Positions 42,026 to 49,936 of a DNA stretch of 64,000 nucleotides are shown here, piece by piece. Within the stretch, counting starts at the first letter, position 1. Every line of letters starts with the position of its first letter. A program made the translations under genes and the position numbers. The DNA is from Candidatus Cloacimonadales bacterium (GTDB taxonomy: Bacteria > Cloacimonadota > Cloacimonadia > Cloacimonadales > JAIOQZ01), in the NCBI GenBank assembly GCA_963665815.1, contig OY762463.1, positions 480,001 through 544,000 on the forward strand. The letters are read 5' to 3'. The notes under the pieces were generated by a model. That model was given only the letters and a program-made list of their open reading frames with translations. It was not told the DNA's origin and ran no database searches.

Positions 42026-43011
42026 GATATCTGAATTCTCTGGCAAAAGCAAAAGCAGAGTGTGAAGCAGCTAATAAATATTATTGGGATCGAGCTAAAG
42101 CTGAACATGATGCCTGGTCGGATGAAATTGCAGAACTGGGCTGGGAAATGATAGAGGAAGCACTTGCTATTAAGGAGTTGTTAGAGACACTTGATGCATT
42201 GAAGGTTATGGGATTTAATGATAAAGACAATATTCCTGAAAACTATCCTACAAATGAGCTTTCAAAAGATAAAGAAGAAAACAAAAATCCTTCTAGAGTG
42301 CTTCAGGAAAAACTTACAAAAGTTATCAATGATCATTTCAGCACAGATTTTGAAGCAAGTATTCTAAAAAATCTGACAATAGGATCATTAGTTGGCGAAG
42401 GTTTCATTGACAAATTTGTTCAAGGATTTAGTGATATGCTTGAGCATGGTGGAACTGAAGGTTATGATCTAGTCAACAGTTTACTTGATGGCTTTGAAAA
42501 TGGGAAAAAACTTACCTTATTTGATACTTCACTAATTCCAGATGATTCTTCAACTGGATTTAATGGTATTCTACCTTTTACTAATGAAAAGAAACTAACA
42601 AACAATGTTCATTTGTATCTTGACTTACATACTTCCGTTGATGATAAAATGACTTCAACATTGCATACACAGTATATTACTTTAACACCTTTAAGAAAAA
42701 TGGTTCATGAGTTAACTCATGTGGCAGATTATTTTGGGTTTGAAAATTATGAAGAGTATACTGAATATAGAAAAGATTACAAAAAGTTTGGTAAAACGAG
42801 CATTATGAATGTTGGAGGAAGGAACTATAAACTTGATGTTCCAAATCCTGGAGAACTGAGTGCTCTAATGACAACCAATATAATTTTGAATAATATTCAG
42901 AATTCAAAAGGTATTCGGGACCAAGATGTGAGAACAGTATATGGAAGATTTAAGAATGAAGACTATAGCCCCATTCATTTTGAAACAGATTTGTATGGAA
43001 ATAAACTTTAA
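41998..43011 (+). CDS. Helical N-terminus + HExxH zincin-like C-terminal domain (polymorphic toxin-like; true start uncertain)
   Basis: MVHELTHVAD...GELSALMTTN...RTVY; no signal peptide; frame open upstream to 41938. Confidence 0.65.
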   Translation: MKIQAEERMRYLNSLAKAKAECEAANKYYWDRAKAEHDAWSDEIAELGWEMIEEALAIKELLETLDALKVMGFNDKDNIPENYPTNELSKDKEENKNPSRVLQEKLTKVINDHFSTDFEASILKNLTIGSLVGEGFIDKFVQGFSDMLEHGGTEGYDLVNSLLDGFENGKKLTLFDTSLIPDDSSTGFNGILPFTNEKKLTNNVHLYLDLHTSVDDKMTSTLHTQYITLTPLRKMVHELTHVADYFGFENYEEYTEYRKDYKKFGKTSIMNVGGRNYKLDVPNPGELSALMTTNIILNNIQNSKGIRDQDVRTVYGRFKNEDYSPIHFETDLYGNKL

Positions 43012-43026
43012 CAAGGAGCAAATCAG

Positions 43027-44406
43027 ATGGTTAGATATATATACTTAGTAACATATTTTCTTTGTTTTACTTTCATCCTTAGCACAAATTGTTTTGCCAA
43101 GGATTTATGGGAATCTATTAAATTTGTTAAGCCTGAAAATGAAAATGAGGATTATTTTGTAGAGGATATTCAAAAGGACAAATTATTGATACAGAAGAGA
43201 ACTATATCATATCCTAATAAAGGAGTAAACCGACCATTTCAAGAGTCTTCTATTCTATTTGTTATGGATACATCAAATTCTCGAATTGATAGTATTATGT
43301 ATGCAGGATCAAATGATTTTTCTATAAGTAGTCCAAAGTTTAGTAAAGATGCTCAAGAATTATTTATGTATATATCATATAGAGATTCCTTATATGTTAA
43401 TGACTCACTCACTGCTGTTTATGATTATCCACAAAAAAATAACGGTCTTTTTGCAAAATTTAACAACAAGAAAGAGATTCAATGGATATTTTTTCCAGAA
43501 GTTAAATACTTACGATCAGCAAGATCTGGAAGAATAATTGGACAAAATAATAAATCTGATGTGTTTACTTCATTCAATTATCAAAGAATTGATAGCTTGA
43601 GTGAAAACTACGTTAAAAATGTAGTATACACAAAATTTTCTAGTTCTGGGCAGATACAATGGCAGCGAGAAATCGAGTACAATCTCGTTGAGATATCAAA
43701 CCCAATTACTTTTTTGTCAGATAATAATCTTTATTGTGCTACTGCTTTTAAAGATAGTATAAAACTTGAATCAAAGACAATCAAATCGAAATTCAATGAA
43801 TCGATAATAGTCTTAAAATTTGATACAGATGGTAACATCTTATGGCACAAACAAATTAATAAAGATTCGATAATTGAGGAAAAGAGAATCTGTAAAGGAG
43901 AAGATGGAAATTTATACTTAGCATTAATGTGTATAAATGATGTTGCTTTTGATGATAAAGTTATTAAATGTGCTCCCCTGAGTCTCGATGATGTTAATTC
44001 ATTAAGGAATTACGGTAGATGGTTAATTATTAAGTTTGATGATAATGGTGAAATTTTAAATGCAGGTTCAACAGGAATTTATGGATCAAATAGAGTAGAC
44101 TTCATGCGCATTGATAGTAATGGTAATGTTTTCTTTCAAGGAATCTTCTCGACATTATATAATGAAATGGCAAGTAAGAAACTTACTAATGACACCTATG
44201 ATCGATATTTCGAAGCGGTATTTGATTCTGACTTAAATCTAATCGAATACAAAATCTGTGAGGAAACATTTCCAGCAAGAATTCAATGGATGGACAATTT
44301 CATTATTAGAGAAGAGTTTGAGCAAAAAAAAGATTGTGACGATGTTAAATACAAAATACTGAAAGCAGATCTCCCTTTGCTGTTAAAAACAAAACCTGTG
44401 GAGTAA
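43027..44406 (+). CDS. Secreted beta-propeller-like protein (cassette 2 partner)
   Basis: AAGGAG RBS, signal peptide; KFSSSGQIQW, KFDTDGNILW, EDGNLYL, KFDDNGEI, IDSNGNVF. Confidence 0.72.
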   Translation: MVRYIYLVTYFLCFTFILSTNCFAKDLWESIKFVKPENENEDYFVEDIQKDKLLIQKRTISYPNKGVNRPFQESSILFVMDTSNSRIDSIMYAGSNDFSISSPKFSKDAQELFMYISYRDSLYVNDSLTAVYDYPQKNNGLFAKFNNKKEIQWIFFPEVKYLRSARSGRIIGQNNKSDVFTSFNYQRIDSLSENYVKNVVYTKFSSSGQIQWQREIEYNLVEISNPITFLSDNNLYCATAFKDSIKLESKTIKSKFNESIIVLKFDTDGNILWHKQINKDSIIEEKRICKGEDGNLYLALMCINDVAFDDKVIKCAPLSLDDVNSLRNYGRWLIIKFDDNGEILNAGSTGIYGSNRVDFMRIDSNGNVFFQGIFSTLYNEMASKKLTNDTYDRYFEAVFDSDLNLIEYKICEETFPARIQWMDNFIIREEFEQKKDCDDVKYKILKADLPLLLKTKPVE

Positions 44407-44412
44407 ATATAT

Positions 44413-44768
44413 AAGCCTGCCTCGAGCAGGCTTTTCTTTTAATCACATGTATTGCAAAGAAAGAATTGACTAAAAAAACGCTGTACTAAGAGTATTCATT
44501 TTAGTAGGTCATTGAAAAGGATAAGAAACTTCGCTGTATAAGCAATATACAAAGTTCTTTAAATGTATCTTCTATGGTCTTCGAACTGACGTTCTACAGA
44601 CCTGATGAAAGATTCTCGGGTATGCACCCTACGAACTTGTGGAGATGAGACTCTCGGACATATGTCCTACCAGCTCATAGCTTGACGGAGCTTTAGCAGC
44701 ATCCGGATGGGATTTCGGGCAACTTTTGAAGTACCACCAGACAAAAGTTCAGTATGAAGAAAGAATGA
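44413..44768 (+). repeat. 356-bp inter-cassette direct repeat, copy 2
   Basis: Matches 41670..42025; starts with the same terminator hairpin. Confidence 0.92.
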
Positions 44769-44863
44769 AGTTTCTGGAAGCTCTTGCTATTAAGGAGTTG
44801 CTATCTAAGCTTCATGAAATGCGGATTCCAAAATTTTTTGTTTATGGTAAGATTTGTTTCTGA
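44681..44863 (+). pseudogene. N-terminal stub of a third cassette ORF
   Basis: LDGALAASGWDFGQLLKYHQTKVQYEERMKFLEALAIKELLSKLHEM...* shares EERM and EALAIKELL with the 41998 ORF frame. Confidence 0.65.
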
Positions 44864-44999
44864 TACTCACAAATAAAAGGAACATGTAAGTTTGTAGATT
44901 TCCTGAACATTTTACACCTGATCAATGTTTTTAAGTATCAACAAAATAATGAATATACTTCATAACGGATTAAACACAAAATATTTACAGGCTTTAAAA

Positions 45000-45099
45000 T
45001 GGTCGGGATGACAGGATTTGAACCTGCGGCCTCGCGGTCCTGAACCGGAAAGCTGAGTTTACTCAGTCTTCGAACGCTACCGAACTGCGCTACATCCCG
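45000..45099 (-). tRNA. Non-canonical tRNA: Pro-type body, anticodon CAG, 23-nt insertion in anticodon stem, encoded CCA
   Basis: CGGGATG TA GCGC AGTTCGGTA GCGT T CG[AAGACTGAGTAAACTCAGCTTTC]CGG TTCAGGA CCGCG AGGCC GCAGG TTCAAAT CCTGT CATCCCG ACCA. Confidence 0.8.
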
Positions 45100-45202
45100 A
45101 CTATGAAGTATAAAAAAACATGCTGACATTTGCTGTAAAGTAATTTTTCAAGTTAATCTGTGATTTGTTGATTTATATCAGGAGCTAATGGCTATCAGGT
45201 TT

Positions 45203-45299
45203 CGGGATGATCCCGATTTATCGGGACGGCCTCACGGTCCTGAACCGGAAAGCTGAGTTTACTCAGTCTTCGAACGCTACCGAACTGAGCTACATCCCG
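45203..45299 (-). ncRNA. tRNA-like copy with T-arm replaced by TCCCGA-TAAA-TCGGGA hairpin, no CCA
   Basis: Acceptor stem CGGGATG/CATCCCG intact; D and anticodon arms each carry one substitution. Confidence 0.45.
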
Positions 45300-45403
45300 A
45301 CTATGAAGTATAAAAAAAACATGCTGACATTTGCTGTAAAGTAATTTTTCAAGTTAATCTGTGATTTGTTGATTTATATCAGGAACTAATGGCTATCAGG
45401 TTT

Positions 45404-45500
45404 CGGGATGATCCCGATTTATCGGGACGGCCTCGCGGTCCTGAACCGGAAAGCTGAGTTTACTCAGTCTTCGAACGCTACCGAACTGCGCTACATCCCG
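45404..45500 (-). ncRNA. tRNA-like copy with T-arm replaced by palindrome, no CCA
   Basis: Identical to the tRNA from acceptor 5' strand through variable loop; acceptor 3' strand retained. Confidence 0.45.
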
Positions 45501-45726
45501 ACTATGAAGTATAAAAAAACATGCTGACATTTGCTGTAAAGTAATTTTTCAAGTTAATCTGTGATTTGTTGATTTATATCAGGAGCTAATGGCTATCAGG
45601 TTTCGGGATGATCCCGATTTATCGGGACGGCCTCGCGGTCCTGAACCGGAAAGCTGAGTTTACTCAGTCTTCGATTTATTCTGAGAGAAGTAATTTTTTC
45701 ATTTCCAAATAATCTCAAATTTATAC

Positions 45727-45755
45727 TTGACTTACAAACTATATGTACTATAATT
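45727..45755 (+). promoter_or_regulatory. Sigma70-type promoter for the HD gene
   Basis: TTGACT-16 nt-TATAAT upstream of AAGGAGG RBS. Confidence 0.6.
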
Positions 45756-45786
45756 TCTTGTTAAACTAAAAAACAAGGAGGATAAT

Positions 45787-46593
45787 ATGGAACGATCACC
45801 CAAGCAACTTAGTATGGAACGAAAAATCCTCAGGATTGCCAGTGGTAAAGCTGTAACCCTACTGGAAAGAATATTTGCAGATGATGAACTGCAGGCCATG
45901 CAGGATTATGCAAATTATGTGTCAATTAAACGTCTTGGATTCAACGATCATGGTCCTGTCCACATGAGAACAGCGACATATAACGCTCTGAAGATGTTCA
46001 ACCTGCTTAGAGAAGCAAATGTGAAGTTCACTTTGGAAGAAGAAGGAATTGGTGCTTCTGACGACAGTTTATGTGCTGTTGTAATGGGATCACTTTTTCA
46101 CGATCTCGGTATGACAATCACTCGCAGTAATCATGAATTCTACAGTTTTCAACTGGCTTTACCGTATATCCAGAGATTTCTGGATGAGATATATTCACCA
46201 GACCAGTTACTATTAAAAAAAGCAGTGCAGTCTGTTACTCTGGAAAGTATTATAGGACATATGGCAACAACTAAAATAAACTCTCTTGAAGCCGGTTTGG
46301 TTTTGATTGCCGATGGTTCTGACATGGAAAAGGGGAGAGCGAGAATACCGACTTTATTGTCCGGGGACCCAAAGCCCGGAGATATTCACAGAACATCAGC
46401 AGGAGAAATTGAGAATGTGATAATCTGTAAGGGTGAAGAAAAACCTATTAAGATTATTGTTAAGATGAATGCTTCGGTTGGACTATTCCAGATTGAGGAA
46501 GTGTTCTATCCAAAAATCAATTTTTCCCCAGTTAAAAAGTATATAGAACTTTATGCCGGTGTGAAAGAAAGAGAGCTGCTGAAATATCTTTAG
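45787..46593 (+). CDS. HD-superfamily phosphohydrolase
   Basis: NDHGPVH, FHDLG, IIGH, ADGSDMEKGRARI. Confidence 0.88.
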   Translation: MERSPKQLSMERKILRIASGKAVTLLERIFADDELQAMQDYANYVSIKRLGFNDHGPVHMRTATYNALKMFNLLREANVKFTLEEEGIGASDDSLCAVVMGSLFHDLGMTITRSNHEFYSFQLALPYIQRFLDEIYSPDQLLLKKAVQSVTLESIIGHMATTKINSLEAGLVLIADGSDMEKGRARIPTLLSGDPKPGDIHRTSAGEIENVIICKGEEKPIKIIVKMNASVGLFQIEEVFYPKINFSPVKKYIELYAGVKERELLKYL

Positions 46594-47093
46594 CAATGAT
46601 TGTGTGGGGTGAATACGGAGGATAGTTGTATTGTCAAATTAAAGGAAATTATCGGGATACCCTCTGAATGCTGAATCAGTATTATACACCGTGTATCCTG
46701 ACTTCTTATGATATTTTCAGAAGTTAAATAGTAATCCTTTAAATAACCTCTTAATTTATACAACCAACAGGAAAGATTTTTCTGAAAACAGTTCTGATGA
46801 CAGGAACGGCAAAAAGTAACTGCAACAGAATAGCTGATGTAAATCTGTGGGGAATATTCATAATTCAGACCGGGATAGTACTTGCTGATAAACCAATATG
46901 ATGATTAGCACCAGAGAGTTACCTGTAAGTGAGTTAATTAGTTCATGATATTTAAATTATACGTTTTAAAAATGGGGCAATAAATAATATGGCGATTGCT
47001 GTAATTTTCAAAATGTAGGAATTTTGTGTAAAAAATATATTGACAAACAGAAAATATGCTCAATTAGTTTGACAGTAAACTAAGGAGGTGCTT

Positions 47094-48308
47094 ATGTATA
47101 GAACTCTTATGTTAGTTCTTATAGTAATATTATTCACTGGATGTTCAACATCTGTAAGAAGCGGCTTAGATGAAATCGATACTGCTCCTGCTGCATCCTC
47201 ACATATGGAAGGTTACGGGTATAGACCAGAGGATACAGATTATGATTCAATGACAATGTACGAGTTATTAGAGAAACACAAGTTTGAATTCATTATCAAA
47301 AAATATGCCGGATGTGATACTCTAAAACCACATGAAACATCAATAGTAGGTCAAGCATACTATTTTCTGGATGATGATTTAAAAGCCATCGAATTTTTTG
47401 ATAAAGCAATAGACTCCGGCATGGAGAAAGCTCCTACATACTATTATAGAGCAGGCGCATATGCTATGCTGGGAAAATATGAAGAGTCCCTGAAAGATTA
47501 CAGAAAAGTATTGGAGATAGATCCATATGATGCCATGGCTTTTAATAAAATGAGTGAAATGTTTCTTAAAATGAATTTACCGGATTCAGCAATTGCATTA
47601 GGAAACAAAATCATTGAATTGAAAAGCGAAGAAAGAACTCCTCCAGTTTTCCTATATACTATTATCCCTAAAGCGTATCTGCATAAGGGAGAGACAGAGA
47701 AGGCTCTGGCGAAAATCGATGAAATTGCTCCTATGATCCCGAATGATGAAAATGAAAGAGCTATGTTCCTTTATCTGAAATTTGATATCTGTGCATATGA
47801 ATTACAGGATACATTAAGGGCTGAAAAAGCCCTCTTGGATATTATAAATGATAACCGGAAAAGCTATTTAAGTTATTCGGTCGTTATGAGGGGACTGAAT
47901 GAAATAAAGAAATATGAAAAAGCTGATTCATTGTTCAGAGTATTGAAAGATTTTTATGATACTGGGGTTTTGGCTGAAGCAGTCGGATCTGATTATAACT
48001 CTGTTATTTATGAACAGATTTTCCTGAAGGATGGATACAGAATTTATGTTTGGAGAGAATTGAAGTATCCTGAAAAGTTTCCTGAATCAATTTATATTGC
48101 CGAATTATATGACCCTTATGATAAAATGATCAGGCGAATTCAGACTGAGCTGGGAAAATCAATATTTTCTGAAGAACCTTCCCATTTTCTCGGAGAATAC
48201 CTGGTTAATGGACACCAGACTTTTCAATATGGGTGGAATTCAAAAGATATACCTTATGAATCTTTCCGCAGAATAGCTGTGGAAATACTGAAGTCAGGGA
48301 TTGAATAA
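47094..48308 (+). CDS. TPR-repeat lipoprotein
   Basis: Lipobox FTGC; TPR pattern YYYRAGAYAMLGKYEESLKDYRKVLEIDP. Confidence 0.85.
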   Translation: MYRTLMLVLIVILFTGCSTSVRSGLDEIDTAPAASSHMEGYGYRPEDTDYDSMTMYELLEKHKFEFIIKKYAGCDTLKPHETSIVGQAYYFLDDDLKAIEFFDKAIDSGMEKAPTYYYRAGAYAMLGKYEESLKDYRKVLEIDPYDAMAFNKMSEMFLKMNLPDSAIALGNKIIELKSEERTPPVFLYTIIPKAYLHKGETEKALAKIDEIAPMIPNDENERAMFLYLKFDICAYELQDTLRAEKALLDIINDNRKSYLSYSVVMRGLNEIKKYEKADSLFRVLKDFYDTGVLAEAVGSDYNSVIYEQIFLKDGYRIYVWRELKYPEKFPESIYIAELYDPYDKMIRRIQTELGKSIFSEEPSHFLGEYLVNGHQTFQYGWNSKDIPYESFRRIAVEILKSGIE

Positions 48309-48366
48309 AGAGGTTTATAATGGAAAAACCTGCCGAGTAATCAGCAGGCTTTTGTTTATGTATAGT

Positions 48367-49227
48367 TTATACTTTTTCTGCCATTAATTCCTGATAAAAG
48401 TGATAAATTTCTTCATCATCATTATCGTTCGCATCCATATACTTTTTCAGGATAGATTTTGCATGGTTCTTCTTTCCGGTTGAAGCATACATCAGGGCAA
48501 GATTATAATACGCGTCAGGATTGTCCGGTTCAATTACAATTGCTTTTATGTAGTAACCTTCGGCGTCTTCTATTCTGTCCAGTTTCTCATAAAGAACAGC
48601 AAGATTAAGGGCAGCAGATGAATAGTCCTGAGAAAGTTTCAGGGCTTCATGATAATGGGTTTCAGCTTTTTCAAAGTCTTCTTTGTTTTCCTGCAGGATT
48701 GCATAATTATAGTGTGTTTCCGCGTTTTCAGGATCATTCTCCAGGCTTTTGATATAGAGCTCTTCAGCTTTGTCATTTTTACCTACATTATTAAAGAAAT
48801 CAGCAGCAACATTAATCAGGCTTGCATCATTCGGGTATTGTTCCAGAGCTTTGAGCAGAATGTCTTCAGCTTTTTCCAATTCATCAGAATCCAGATAAAA
48901 ATAAACTATGTTAAGAATATCGAATGTGTCAGAATTTGGAGATTCCATATTCATGATAAATTGCTTTTCTGCTTTTTCAGACATATCATTAATAAGGTAA
49001 AGCATTGCCAGATTCTCATAAGAATCTCTATACTCGGGATAACGTTCTATGGCGTTTTTATATGCCTGTTCTGCATTCTCGAATTCTTCAAGTTCATTGT
49101 AGAGAGCACCGAGATAATTGAACGCGTCTGCCTCTACTTTCATTGTTTTAATGTAGTGATTCACAACAGCAATCTCCTGCTTTATCTGCGATTCTTCAAG
49201 ATCATGTATATCTTTAAATTCTATCAT
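48367..49227 (-). CDS. TPR-repeat protein
   Basis: Multiple TPRs (AFNYLGALY, THYNYAIL, AYYNLALMY); start after GGAG. Confidence 0.88.
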   Translation of the reverse strand: MIEFKDIHDLEESQIKQEIAVVNHYIKTMKVEADAFNYLGALYNELEEFENAEQAYKNAIERYPEYRDSYENLAMLYLINDMSEKAEKQFIMNMESPNSDTFDILNIVYFYLDSDELEKAEDILLKALEQYPNDASLINVAADFFNNVGKNDKAEELYIKSLENDPENAETHYNYAILQENKEDFEKAETHYHEALKLSQDYSSAALNLAVLYEKLDRIEDAEGYYIKAIVIEPDNPDAYYNLALMYASTGKKNHAKSILKKYMDANDNDDEEIYHFYQELMAEKV

Positions 49228-49428
49228 TTTGACTCCATTTTTTATTAGTGGAGGAATCTTCAAATAAGGGGTATTCATGTCAAACAAATAGTAATGTTTA
49301 TTTTTACAAGATTCTTTTAATGATGTCAATTATTTTTGAGACACTTAGAATTCTTCTGATAAAGTTATTGACTTTTAAAAATATCAAGATATTCTTTACT
49401 ATAGAAAAAATTAGTTTAAGGAGAAATT

Positions 49429-49830
49429 ATGAAAGTTATTTCGGCAACCGATGTAAAACTTGAAGAAGTGAATATTGAAGGAGCTAAAAAGACGAAGATC
49501 AGATGGTTGATTTCTCAAAAAGATAAAGCTCCCAATTTTGCAATGCGCATGTTCGAAGTAGAACCGGGAGGATTCACACCATACCACTCTCATTCATGGG
49601 AACATGAAGTATTTGTCGTTGAGGGAAGCGGAACATTCGTTACTGAAGAAAAAGAATATCCATTCAAAGCCGGTGACGTCATTTTTGCGGATCCGGAAAT
49701 GAAGCACCAATTCAGAAATGCAGGAGAATCTGTAATGAAGTTTCTCTGCCTTATTCCTTTGAACGATAAGCCAGTGCAGAAGAAAAAAGCAGCAAATCCT
49801 TTTGCTGCCGGAACTGCAAATAACTGTTAA
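49429..49830 (+). CDS. Cupin domain protein
   Basis: PGGFTPYHSHSWEHE, G.VIF...HQF. Confidence 0.9.
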   Translation: MKVISATDVKLEEVNIEGAKKTKIRWLISQKDKAPNFAMRMFEVEPGGFTPYHSHSWEHEVFVVEGSGTFVTEEKEYPFKAGDVIFADPEMKHQFRNAGESVMKFLCLIPLNDKPVQKKKAANPFAAGTANNC

Positions 49831-49936
49831 CCAACAGAGAATGTTATATATTTAAAGCAGGATACATTGTGTATCCTGCTTTTTTAACAAAAACAGCCTC
49901 CAATATAGAGGCTGTAGAACAAAATATCAACTTTAT

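Larger units (their letters stand above)
45027..45674. repeat. Tandem repeat, about 200-bp unit, 3 full copies + 47-bp partial, built on the tRNA gene and its upstream region
   Basis: Units start at 45027, 45227, 45428 and 45628; only a few substitutions and one A-run indel. Confidence 0.95.

Noticed and set aside
41670-44768. Integron attC cassettes or DGR template/variable repeats
   Set aside because: No RYYYAAC...GTTRRRY boxes, no integrase or reverse transcriptase in the window, and mismatches are not adenine-specific.
44938-45129. 63-aa ORF
   Set aside because: It is a translation of the tRNA gene.
45027-45674. CRISPR array
   Set aside because: Units are about 200 bp and near-identical throughout; there are no unique spacers and no cas genes.
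46600-47050. Hidden gene or RNA in a 490-bp gap
   Set aside because: No convincing ORF, repeat or structure found by eye.
48649-49248. 199-aa plus-strand ORF
   Set aside because: Antisense shadow of the TPR gene.
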